The position numbers were made by a program, and so were the translations under genes. DNA of 64,000 nucleotides, taken from positions 69,773,321-69,837,320 of the forward strand of contig NC_057711.1 of NCBI RefSeq assembly GCF_004010195.1, read 5' to 3'. Below the pieces are notes generated by a model. That model saw only the letters and a program-made list of their open reading frames with translations. It made no database searches and had not been told where the DNA came from. This document shows, piece after piece, positions 48,865-61,055 of the stretch. This stretch comes from Chiloscyllium plagiosum. Lineage: Eukaryota. The number at the start of each line of letters is the position of its first letter. Positions within the stretch are counted from its first letter, which is position 1.

Positions 48865-51800
48865 TCCCAACAATCAGTCAGTCTCAATTCCTCATGAATC
48901 ACAGCTAATATTAATTTGCTCCACATTCTTGGTTGCAAGCCTCAAACCCACTTTGCTTAGAGCTTTGCACATGCTGCCAGGCATTTAGACATTACTGTAA
49001 GGGCCCTCAAAATTTCTGACACACCTCTCTCTTCCTCTGGAAAAAGTAGTGCACAAGTATAGACAATGCCATTAGGATATGCAGGCAAGCCAGTTCCCCT
49101 AACTCCCCAAGTAGTTGTTGCAATGGCAGTTGCTAAGCTCATGACCATGGTGGGGGCTGCAAACGTTGAAGGTGATGATACCTTCATAGCTAACCCTGCT
49201 TCCCGTGTCTCACTACCTCTTGACCATTCATCTCTAATGATACACAAACTGCAGATAGTGTGCCCATTAAACTGTTTATTCTCTTCCCCATATCCCTGCA
49301 ACTGCATAGAGCGTAACTTTGTGGTTGTCTTTATCCTTTCAGATCTCCAAGAAATGCAATTTGGCCAGACAGTGCAGGAAGAGCAGAGTTACAAAGATGC
49401 TGATGATCATGCTCACAGTCAGCAGCTGACTTACTGACTCTGCATGTTAGACTCTTAATATGACTCTTAGAAGATATACTGGACTTGAAACGTTAACTCT
49501 GTTGCTCTCTCCACGGATGTAGCAAATTTCTTGAACACACTGATGTGTTAGATTTCAAGCACCTGCAATACTTTGCCTTTATCTGTTTTGGGTGACTTTC
49601 ACAAGATAGCAGCAATTGAAATAAAATGGTGGAAGGAATCTATTTTTTGGAAACTGCACTTCTGCATTAATTAACGGATGACTGTATATAACAGGGAAAT
49701 TGGTTACTGGCAAATGCTGTCTTATTGAATTCTGATTTAGCAAGGTTGATTCTTGAGATATTTAGTAGTTTCATTTTCCATTTACCTCTGGGTCCAGTTA
49801 TGTGTTAACTTGCTATTTATCAATGACAGTCATGCAACACTTTAGAATTTTTGGCTCATGTTCAGAGTGAGGTGTTACTCTGACTGACTGCGTTTAGACC
49901 AGTGTAGCAAGAAAAGGCACATTCAAACATTTATTAAATGGAATTGAGTTGAATTATATATTGCTGCAATTTGAAAAGCACTAAAAACTAAAATCCACAT
50001 TTGACTAATTAACTCAGTCAGTATTGATGTGGCACAAAATAGAGCTTTTGCTGATTTGATACAGCAACTGTAAATTTTTTTAATGGAATTCATGGTACTA
50101 ATCAACTCTGTGAAATGACAGCACAGACCATTTGAAATGATCTGTTTTATCATTTGTTTCTTTTCCTTCATTCAGTGCAAAAGCTTACTCAGTATTAAAG
50201 TGCAGACTTGATACCTGATCTAAAAATGGGGAAAAAATAAGAGGAAGTGAATTCAGTCTAACTTTTCATTTAGTTTTATTTTTGTTTTCTATCCCTACTT
50301 CTCCCCCTTGTGAAATTTGTAGGCTATGATCATAAAGTATTGAAAAATGAACTTTTAAAAAACATGTTGCTATTTAATAATCCTTTCCTTTTCCAGCTGT
50401 GTGTGCATTAAAATTCTTTAAGGGATAGCTGTAGTGTACCTGATTCGTATGCGTATGGTATTATTAATCAATGCTTTTGAGAGTACGTGTTATATTTGTG
50501 CTTCACTGTAATTATGACTGGCCCCTGTGGTAGGACACATACAGCTTAGGTGTTGTTAAGCCAGACTTGAGAGGGTCAAGTTAGTTCTTTTTGTCTGGTC
50601 AAGGTTCCATTGTGTTTTGCAAAAAGAAAGAATTTGTTTTATTCTTTTTATTGATTTCTATTTCTTGAATGCATTTTAGAAGCCATGTGACAAAAATTGT
50701 TAGCCAATCTGTTTCCTAAAACCTTGTCCTCTTCAAAAAGCCACTTATTAGTGTTCAGTAACATTTAGCATTTTAACTGAGGTTATTTCAATCATGACAC
50801 CATAGCAGCTGATTTTAAGAGGTTGAGGTTTGTAATGTATTGAATAGGACTATGCTCAGCACTATACTTGCAGAAACATCAAGGGATCTTTCAAGTGATT
50901 CAGAAAAGAGAGGCATGGGATAATGAAGTTGTGTTCCATTAAACTCTTGTGTACAGTCAAGCATAATATCATCACCCTTTTTGTCATGGTATCCCTATCA
51001 TATCACCTCATCTGCAGCCTCAAATAGTTTTCTTCTAATCAATAAGCAGTTTTCTGTGGCCTTTCACTGCTGTCAGATGTCATTGAATGATGTAAGTGGA
51101 CGTCAGAATAGCAGCTTGACAGCTTGCCTTTTCCAAGGAAAAGAAATCGCTATAGATGATGCTGGTGACAGCTTGCATCTATAACAAATTTGATGTTGCT
51201 TGAGAAATTATATAGATTTTTTTTCACAGTAGAAACAGGAGTGGCAGTTGGATTCTACTTTGTTTGTATATACTGCACTGCAATAACTCATTTGAAATTC
51301 CGCTATCAATAAATGAGGGAAATCAAAAAATCTGATTTTGGAACCTTTACACATATTTCTGTGCAAAGTTTTAAAGCTAGAACACATTAACATAATTTTA
51401 TTTCAGAAACATATGTTTATAGAAACTTACTGCTTGTATTTATTCACAAGAACAGCATTATGTACATATTTCACATACTTTGGGTGATACTTAGCTGTAT
51501 ACCAACTCTTCCTGTCCTTTTCCTATTCTCCCTCCCTCGCCCAAAAGTCTGGATGGCAATTAGACCTGCTCTGCCCTGTACAACTCAGTGTAAATGGATA
51601 GACAAACAGGACACAATGACAGGTATTTACCTCATCAGATAATAAAATACAATTACCTTAAAGTTGGGCTAATGGAAAAGAAAACAACAGACTGTTTGTT
51701 TGAGATTCTATGGGCTGTGAGATGTCTAGTTTTTGTAATCAAGCAAAGTCACAGCAGAATTTTGAACAGCTTATACCAAGTTCAGAGAAGATATACAAGG

Positions 51801-51942
51801 ATGTTGCCAAGGTTGAAGGGTTTGAGCTGTAGTGAGAGGCTAAATAGACTAGGGTTGTTTTCTCTGGAGCGTTGTAAGCTGAGGGATGACCTTATAGAGG
51901 TTTATAAAATCATGAGGGGCATGGTTGGGTAGATAGACAGGG

Positions 51943-52631
51943 TCAAAAAGTGTGGCACTGGAAAAGCACAACAGGTCAGGCAGCATCCGAGGAGCAGGAG
52001 AAACGACATTTTGGGCGTAAGCCTTTCGTCAGGAATATGGGGGCAAGGGGAGAGAGTTGTGAGATAAAGGTGGGGCTGGGGGAAAGGTAGCTGAGAAGGT
52101 GATAGGTAAATGCAGGTGATGGGGTGTTTGTTCAGTGGAGGTGGAACGGATAGGTGAGAAGGAAGATGGACAGGTAGGACAGTTCAAGAGGGAGGTGCCG
52201 AGTTGGAGGGTTGGATCTGGGATAAGGTGGGGGAGGGGAGATTTGGAAAGCAGTGAAGTCGATGTTGATGCTGTGCAGTTGAAGGGTCCCAAGGCGGTAG
52301 TTGAGGCATTCTTCCTTCAGTCATTGGGTGGATTGGATTGGTGGTGGAGGAAGCACAGGACTTGCATGTCCTTGGTAGATGGGAGAGGGTATTGAAGTTG
52401 TCGTGTGTGTGTGTCCATCCGTCCGTGTCCCAAGGTCGTTCCATGATACTATCCGGAAGTCGGTGTCCTGTCTCCCCGATGTAGAGGAGACCACATCGAG
52501 ATCAATAGACACACTAGATGGGGCGGGTGGATTTGCAGCAAAATCTCTGTCAGACGTGAAATGATCCTTTGTGGCCTTGAATAGTAGTGATGAGGGAGGT
52601 GTGGGCGCAGGTTTTATACCTGTTGCAGCGG
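51943..52631 (-). mobile_element. Inverted 3' segment of a Penelope-like element
   Basis: rc of tail, decayed hammerhead and GIY-YIG region (LYIGETG); mirrors ~53920-54657. Confidence 0.85.
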
Positions 52632-54657
52632 CCCCCTCGACCATGACCACCCCTCCCATCACCAAACCATCATCTTCCAGACCATCCACCATCTCATCAT
52701 GTCAGGGGATCTCCCAACCACAGCCTCCAACCTCATAGACCCCAAACTGCTTGGTTCTACCTCTTACTCAAAATCCACAAACCTGACTGCCCCGGTTGAC
52801 CTATTGTCTCCGCCTACTCCTGCTCCACCAAACGTATCTCCTCATGTCTCGACGCTGTCCTCTCCCCTTGGATCAGGAATTCCCCACATACATTCGGGAC
52901 ACCATCCATGCCCTCCACCTCTTCCATGACCTTTGTTTCCCCAGCCCCAAAGCCTCATCTTCACCATGGACATCCAGTCCCTGTACATGACCGTCTGCCA
53001 TAGCAAAGGCCTCCAAGCCCTCCAACCAACCCAACCAGTATCTCTTCCCCTCGCACCGACCCAACCAGTACCCCTCCACTTACACACACATTCGACTGGC
53101 GGAACTGGCCCTCACCCTCAACAACTTCTCCTTTTGAAACCTCCCACTTCCTTTAGACCAAAGGGTTAGCCATGGACCCCCGCATGGGTCCCAACTATGC
53201 CTGCCTCTTCGTTCGGTATGTGGAACTGTCCATCTTCTGCAGTTACACCGGCATCATTTACCACCTTTTCCTCCGCTACATTGATGACTGTATTGGCGCC
53301 ACCTCATGCTCCCATGAGGAAGTTGAACAGTTCTTCAACTTGACTAACATCTTCCGCCCTGACGTCACGTTCACCTGGACCATCTCATGCACCTCCCTCC
53401 CCTTCCTGGACCTCTCCATCTTCATCTCCAGTAATCGACTCAACACTGACATTTATTTCAAATCCACTGCCTCACCTCCTCCCACCTACCCCTCCTGTAA
53501 AAACATGATCCCTTACTCCCAATTCCTCCAGCTCCACTGTATCCGTTCCCAGGAGAAGCAGTTTCGCTCCAGGACATCCCAGATTGCTTCCTGTTTCAAG
53601 GACCACAATTTCCCCTCCCACATGATCAACAATGCCATCTAGCGCATCTCCTCCACTTCCTGAACCTCTGCCCTTGAACCCCATCCCTCCAACCGCAACA
53701 AGGATTGAACCCCACTCCGGTCCACACATTGCACCCCAGTCTCCGGGTACAGCGCATTATCCTCTGTCATTTCCACCATCTACAATCAGATCCTACCACC
53801 AGAGATATATTTCCCTCGCACCCCTATCTGCATTCCGCAGAGATCATTCCCTCTGCGACTCCCTCAGTAGGTCCACACCCCCCACCAACCCACCGTCCAC
53901 ACCCAGCACCTTCCGTAGTCACCGAAAGAGGTGTAAAGCCTGCATCCATACCTTCCCCCCTCACCTTTATCCAAGGCTCCAAAGGATCCTTTCACATCTG
54001 GCAGAGATTTTCCTGTGCACCACCCACCTCATCTTCTGTGTCCATTGCTGTCGATGTGGTCTCCTCTACATCGGGGAGACAGAACGCCAACTCGTGGAAC
54101 ATTTCAAGGGAAGATCTCTGGGGCAAACAACCCCACTGTACTGTGGCCGACCACTTCAACTCCTCCTCCCACTCTGCCAAGGACGTGCATGTCCTGGGCC
54201 TCTTCTACCATCAAATCCAAGCCACCCTGACGACCGGAGGAAGAACGACTCATCTTCCGCCTTGGGACGCGTCAACCACATGGCATCAACATTGACTTCA
54301 TTAGTTTCCAAATCTGTCCTCCTCCCACCATATCCCAGATTGAAACCTCCAACTTGGTACTACCCTGTTGATTTGTCCAACCTGCCCATTTTCCTTCCCA
54401 CCTAGATAGTCCACCTTCCAAACTAACCTTCCCAACCAACCTATTACAATCACCCCCCACTACCACCTTCATTTACCTATTGCCTCAACAGCTACCTTCC
54501 CCAAGCCCTTCCCACGCTCCTATTGATCTCTCAGCCCCCTTTCTCCTGTCCCCCGTCCCCACATTCCTGATGAAGGGCTTATGCCCAAAACATTGACTCT
54601 CCTGCTCCTTAGATGCTGCCTGACCTCTGTGCTTTTCCAGCGCCACACTTTTCAACC
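52632..54657 (+). mobile_element. Penelope-like element (Neptune-type), decayed RT + GIY-YIG + tail
   Basis: FTMDIQSLY; GLAM..RMGPNYACLF; RYIDDCIG; IPYSQFL; LLYIGETERQL; tail with CTGATGA at 54567 (GAAA mutated). Confidence 0.92.
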
Positions 54658-55061
54658 CTGTCTATTACCCTATCCAAGCTCCTGGTGATTTTATAAACCT
54701 CTATAGGGTCATCCCTCAGCTTCCAGGGAAAACAGCCCCAGCCTATTCAGCTTCTCTCTACAGCTCCAACACTCCAACCCTGGCAACATCCTTGTATATC
54801 TTCTCTGAACTTGGTATGAGCTGTTTAAAATTCTGCTGTGACTTTGCTTGATTACAAAAACTAGACATCTCACAGCCCATAGAATCTCAAACAAACACAG
54901 TCTGTTGTTTTCTTTTCCATTAACCCAACTTTAAGGTAATTGTTTGTATTTTATTATCTGATGAGGTAAATGCCTGTCATTGTGTCCTGTTTGTCTATCC
55001 ATTTACACTGAGTTGTACAGGTTGGAGCGGCTCCAATTGCTATCCAGAGTGTGTGAAGTAT

Positions 55062-55388
55062 GTCCAGAACTAGATGGCATATTTTTAAGGTGAGAGGGGA
55101 AAGATTTTAAAAGGGATCTAAGGGGCAAAATTTTCAGTCAGAGGGCAGTGCGTGTATGGAATGAGCTGCCAGAGGAAGTGGTGGAGGCTGGTATAATTAC
55201 AGCATTTAAAAGAGGCTGGTATAATTACAGCATTTAAAAGACATCTGGATGGGTACATGAATAGGAAAAGTTTAGACGGATATGGGCCAAGTGCTGGTAA
55301 ATGGGACTAGACTAATTTAGGATATCTGGTCAGCATGAACGAGTTGGATTAAAGAGTCTGTTTCTATGCCGCACATTTCTATGACTCT
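55062..55388 (+). mobile_element. Remainder of the HER1/CR1 3' fragment that starts at ~51778
   Basis: Resumes at TCCAGAACTAGA; internal 28-bp tandem duplication at 55184-55239. Confidence 0.85.
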
Positions 55389-57770
55389 CACTGACTTATA
55401 TTGATTTTGTTTGTCACTCTCTTAGCCTTTAAAAGGCTGCTGTGGACTGGCATAGCTTTTAATGTGATCCTTGTAACCTTTTGTCCCTCTGCTGGTAACA
55501 TCTACAACACTTTAGCCCTTATTTTAAAGGGTAGGTGTTGTGAATGGTGAAATGAAGTGTGCGAGCTCAAGAGCTAATACATAGATGTGATAAGGCAAAG
55601 TCAATCCTAAAGCCAGCACCTCATTAACATAAACATTCCCAGCATCCTGCCTGCCACCTGCTAAATGGCCAAAAGTCCCATTTGGGGAATTCCAGAAATG
55701 ACCTTGTGTATAATGTGGGAGCAGGGCTTGAGATTGCAAATGCACTTGGGAATCATGGAGGGCAAGGTACCAATGTGGTCAGGAGATTTTCTGCGCTGAA
55801 AACTTTGTCAATGTGAGTATCTAGCATCAAATCCCAGTGAATTGTAGCTTCTAGCAGCTTTCCTCTTTTTTTTCATGCAGAAGATCCATTTTGTTTGAGC
55901 AGTTATGTATCTTTGGTCTCAACAATGTCAATTTTATCCATTCCATGTCCTAATATTAAATTGAGGGCTTTGTCATCTTGACTTTCAGTTCAAGCTGCGG
56001 CAAGTTCATTGACGTGCCTATTCTTGATCTGGCCCACACTCAAGACTGTTTCCTTAAAATAACCGAAATCATGACCTATGCTAATTACTGAAAGGATGGG
56101 CTACTCTAGCACTTTTCTCACCACCTGACAAGTTCCTACTTCTTCAAAAATTCAATTCTTTTTCTGCACATTGTATTGTATAATCATCTACACATCTTGC
56201 CCAACTCTTATTGCTTGACTTAACTTGTTTTGATCCCTTATTACTCAGTTGAAGTGCAGTGTGATCAATTTCTTGTAATTACATATACCTCTTTTGCACT
56301 TCCCTGGAACCATATTTAACTAAACTCCTCCATTACCGTATTTGCCTAAAGCTTCTACTTTACTGTGCTTTATTCATTCCGCCTACCTGACAAGTGAATA
56401 GTCTTTCCATCTTCTTTTCTTTTTACTTAGCCTTTCCATTTAATTTACCTGCCTTTATTTCTTCTCCTTTTGCCTTTTATTTTGCCTTATTGCAACAATT
56501 TTATGTACGTTGCATAACTACAAATGTTTTTGGCAGACAATTAGAATGGAATTAATCGATCTGTACTCTGAAAAGAAAGAAGGATAATCATATGCAACTT
56601 ATAACTGGTTTATTTTTGTTCAAGAGATATAGTGATACACTTTAGAGTTGTAACAGAGTACTGATTAATTTCTGTATTTTCAGGTTTCAAACTAAAAACA
56701 GTTGACAACACTATCTGTTCTGAGATCATACCCATTTTTCTGTTGGCGATCACAATCTCATCTGTGCAGTATTGACAAATTACTCTGATTTTGAATTTGC
56801 ACTACTATTTCATCCAAGTCACAGTGCAGGAACGAGCATCACAGGATCGATGTTGGTGTAATTTGTAAGCATTGCAAGTATGTGAGATCTTGATGCTTAC
56901 CCAGATGTAGATTGTCTTCTAGCTGTGAATTTTGTGGGGCATTTTTGGAACTCTTAGCTTATATATTGTAAACTACTTTATTTAAAAACTTTGTTTTGCT
57001 GCGTCAGACTTTGTTTTTGGCCAACATTACAGTTTTGCACATGTACTTCAAAAATGTCTACCTGTTCATAGACTTTAAATGCCAACCCTGACAGTGACAG
57101 CCTATCCTGAGAATGAATAAAACATGTTTTTGTCCCCCTTTTTTAGTGACAGCTGCATATTTCATGTGGCTGTCCAAACAGATCAGAATAAATGTTATTT
57201 AGCTCCATTGGGGATTATAAGCAAGTGAATGTTGTGACAAATGTAAGTAAAAAGGGAGTTAGGAAGTGTGTGTTCGATGTTGCAGACCCAAGACCATGTT
57301 TACCAAATTGAAAGTGCAAGAGTGAGGTTGGGGAAGTGGGAAATTGATGTGGAAAAGTGAGGGTAAGAAAGGGAAACAGCAATAACGTTAGAGGCAGAAA
57401 TGAGCAAGTTCAAGTGAAAACAGAATTGTTTGTTTGGTTCAAAGGCAGAATTAGAGGGAGGAAAGACATTTAGTGGCAGCAGCCAGTTTAAGGTGATAAC
57501 TGATTAGTATATTAAAGAAAAGGTGGTGAGTGGGGAGTCTGAACGATAAACTTCGCTGGAAAAATAAAGGGAAGAAGCAGAGTTGGGAACTGAGGGTGCC
57601 AGATTTTAACTGTGCCAGTTTGGGTGGTAATGTATTTTAGCATTTATCTGAATGGGGTGATCTTGAAGGTATGGACATGCTGTGCTTCTATAAGCATTGG
57701 ACTGTTTGAAGGATTTTTCCCAAATCATGATGATGATGATTTATGATGATTTGGTATCAGCTTAGGGTTT

Positions 57771-57898
57771 AGGAGAAAGTGAGGACTGCAGACGCTGGAG
57801 ATCAGAGTCGAGAGTGTAGTGCTAAAAATGCACAGCAGGTCAGGCAGCATCCGAGGTGCAGGAGAATTGATGTTTCGGGCAAAAGCCCTTCATTGGGA
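57771..57898 (-). mobile_element. PLE tail module (family A) with 15-bp TSD, decayed hammerhead
   Basis: TSD ATCAG(C/T)TTAGGGTTT at 57756-57770 and 57899-57913. Confidence 0.85.
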
Positions 57899-58419
57899 AT
57901 CAGTTTAGGGTTTGTCTCCTTCCTACTCAGTTAACTTATGAGGTGGCAGAGAGTGTGTGCAGCACCACTTGGAGCAGCACCAGCTAGTGATCCTGTGGGA
58001 TAGTATTAGTAAATGCTGGGTCTGGAAAGTGCTAGAGATCAAGATGAAAAGGGAGAATAGAGTGAGGCTAGAAGGTGGTTAGGGTCGAAGTAACGGTTAT
58101 TTTCTGAAAACAATGGAGCAAGAGTAGATAAAAGTTATAACATGGATGGATGCAGGAGTTCACGTATAGGATAAGGGAAGGCTTTGATGGAAGGATGGAA
58201 TTTCTAGTGTCGCGGTCAGGAAATAAAACTCCTGGTCGTTAGCAAAGTGATGTAAGTGGCACTTACTCATCAATAGCCTGTTCATTAGACTATTATACTA
58301 AGACGTGAGAGCAGAAGTAGGGCATTCATTTCTCTGTGTGAAATGAGTGACCCCTACCTCTCCGATTATGCCCACTGATGTTAGGTTCGCCCACGTGGTG
58401 AAACAGCCTTTATGCATCT

Positions 58420-58534
58420 ACATTCTGGATTAGTGGTGCTGGAAGAGCACAGCAGTTCAGGCAGCATCCAAGGAGCAGTGAAATCGACGTTTTGGGCGAA
58501 ATCGACGTTTCGGGAAAAAGCCCTTCATCAGGAA
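58420..58534 (-). mobile_element. PLE tail module with 13-bp TSD; intact hammerhead core at 58504-58531 (-)
   Basis: TSD CCTTTATGCATCT at 58407-58419 and 58535-58547; rc CTGATGA-A-GGG cttttt CCC-GAAA-CGTC; cleavage-site segment tandemly duplicated. Confidence 0.85.
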
Positions 58535-59124
58535 CCTTTATGCATCTGCAGTCAGTTCTGGTATAAAGGAATAGTTCAGTTTGCATGTGATCCCGCATTA
58601 TAAGAAAATTGCATAAAAGCCATGCCATTTAAACTAATGGGGCCAGAATCGTGTTATAGCCAATACAGGTAAGGAAAGTTTGCATTCTACAAATAACGGT
58701 CTAAATTCTTCAATCGCATTAAAGCCAATTCACGTTGAAGAAACACTCTTTATTATCAAAACCAACTGTATCTTGTTAAGCCAGCTAAGGAACTTGGATT
58801 TCAGAACAGGTCATATATTTGAGCTCCCAAGACTTTTGAGGAAATTAATCTTGGTGCCCTTTTATCCTGTTCACTATGAGCTATGATTGCCATATTTATA
58901 TTGTGAATACCCATTATGATATATTTGTGATCCCATCTTAGACTGCATTCAGCTGCCTCAAAAATCTCCATGGGATCTAAGTAAACAGTTTAAAGGTTTC
59001 CTTGTTTGAAAAATCCAGATGAAGGACAACAATCTACAATACAGAACAATACTTGGCTCTTCAATGCCTTGCACTGAAGAGACTTGCATTGAGCTGACAA
59101 CCCTCTACTCTGCTTATGATTGTC

Positions 59125-59655
59125 ATGGAGTTATCCAGCACAGAAACAGACCTTTCTGTCCAACTTATCTGCCAGATATCTTAAACCGACCTAGTCCCAT
59201 TTGCTAGCTTTCAGTCCATGTCCCCTCTTAAACCCTTCCTATCATATACCCATCTGTAATTGTACCAGCCTCCAGCACCTCTTCTGGCAGCTCATTCCAT
59301 ACACACACCACTCTCTGCATGAAAATGTGCCCTTCTGGTCCCTTTAAAATCTTTCTCCTCTCACCTTAAAGCTATGCCCTGTATTTTGGACTCCCCTACT
59401 CTGGGGAAAAATACCTTGTCTATTCACACTATCCATGCCCCTCATGATTTTATAAACCTCTATAAGGTCGTCCCTCAGCCTCCAATGCTCCAGAGAAAGA
59501 AAATCCCTGCCTCCAGTGCTCCAGAGAAAGAAAATCCCCAGCCTATTCAGCTTCTAGCTATATTTCAGACACTTCACTTCCCGGTAATGTCCTTGTAAAT
59601 GTTTTCTGAACCCTTTCAAGTTTAACAACATATTTCCTACAGCAGGGAGACTAGA
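59125..59655 (-). mobile_element. HER1/CR1 LINE 3' fragment
   Basis: rc of the HER1 3' end; internal ~31-bp tandem duplication at ~59479-59540. Confidence 0.85.
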
Positions 59656-59904
59656 ACAGATTTGTCAAAGTTGAGATATTTTGGCCAATGTGAAAGGATC
59701 TTTTGTTCATGGGATTTTCTGTTGTCATTGGGTAGGCCAGAATTTAATTGCCCATCGGGCAGCTAAGAGTCAACCATCTTGTTATGGGTCTAGAATCACG
59801 TAAACACCAGTTTAGATAGGGATTGCAAATTTCCTTCCCGAAATCCTGATGGATTTTTATGACAATTGACTCTGGCAACATGATCACATTTAGACTAGCT
59901 TGTC

Positions 59905-60210
59905 ACATCATAGAATCCCTACAGTGTGGAAGCAGGCCATTTGGCCCAACAAGTGCACACCAACCCTCTGAAGAATATCCCACCCAAACCCATTCCCCTA
60001 CCCTATTAATCTACATTTACCCCTGACTAACGCACATAACTTACCCATTCCTGAACACTATGGGCGATTTAGCACAGTCAGTTCACCCAAACTGCACATC
60101 TTTGGATTGTGGGAGGAAACCGGAGCACCCAGAGGAAACCCAAACGGATACTGAGAGAATGTGAAAACTCCATGCAGACAGTCGCTTGAGGCTGGAATCG
60201 AACCCAGATC
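59905..60210 (-). mobile_element. HE1-type V-SINE inside a SacSINE remnant
   Basis: rc V-domain and tail. Confidence 0.8.
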
Positions 60211-61055
60211 CACTTTAAGTCAGTTTTCCCCACTTTAATTCAGTTTTCTTAGTGTAACCATCACCATTTGCCATGGTGGAATTTGTCCTCAGAACATTAA
60301 TCCGATATTCTGGATTATTAGGCCAGTGATACTATTGAGGTACCAACATCATAAGTTTGAAGTATATAAGAGAGCTGATGTCTGAAGTCAAGAAGTGAAC
60401 TAGGGTGGTATCTGACTTGACACCCATTCAGTGATTCAATCTGGTTGTATCTTCAACAACAACATCATTTATAATCACTTGGTCATACTGAACTTTCATA
60501 TTGGTGCAAAGAAGAGATGCTGTCAAACTGTTTGTCTTGTATGCTTCAGGGCAGATAGAAGAATACCAAATTTCAGTGGGAGCAGTATTTTTTACTGCAT
60601 AAAAAATATTGAAATCGTTGATTAATTAGCAAGTCCACTCTGGTTGAGATGTTATTGAAAATACATTAGGGAAGTATTGTCTCCTGTGCTCTTGCTTAAT
60701 TCAAAAAAGAAACAACGCCTAGAAATGATCCTTTTTCCTACAGATGTAAGTCCCTGCATATGAATATATTTAGCTTCTAGGAACATTAATGAACTACATT
60801 GCTAGTGTGAATGATGATCTAGAATTACAAATGCAAGCCCTAGCACACTTTGTGCAAAATTGAATTATATTTGTCTGCGCCTTGTAAGGAGTTACTGGGA
60901 TAGATGAGACCTGCTGTCAGTTAAGGCACTGTGTCAGAATTTAGGATGGCTTCAAGCTAATGGAGAGTAGAATGAGGGAAGCAAGCCAAGGGTATGTTGA
61001 AATAGAGTTGAGGGAGCAAGAGCCAAGTTTCATGGACAGATTGAATCCAGTGAAT

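Larger units (their letters stand above)
51461..55066. repeat. Large inverted repeat (~1.1-kb arms) including duplicated host DNA
   Basis: 51548-52631 is the reverse complement of ~53920-55048, including the same PLE/CR1 junction and non-repeat flank; a further ~20-bp match 51461-51480 vs 55047-55066. Confidence 0.9.

Noticed and set aside
56610..56645. KRYSD-coding stretch as SNX24 exon 2
   Set aside because: Flanking residues do not match, a stop follows, and there are no suitable splice sites
57756..57913. Telomere-repeat targeting (TTAGGG inside a PLE TSD)
   Set aside because: Single hexamer in one of nine TSDs; compatible with chance
204..58534. CRISPR-like or bacterial repeat interpretation of the recurring GAAAC hairpin
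   Set aside because: Dispersed, not regularly spaced, attached to PLE coding remnants in vertebrate DNA; no cas genes
60730..60751. TTTTTCCTACAG-AT-GTAAGT as a microexon or recursive splice site
   Set aside because: Would be a 2-nt frameshifting exon and is not the AG|GT recursive arrangement; no support
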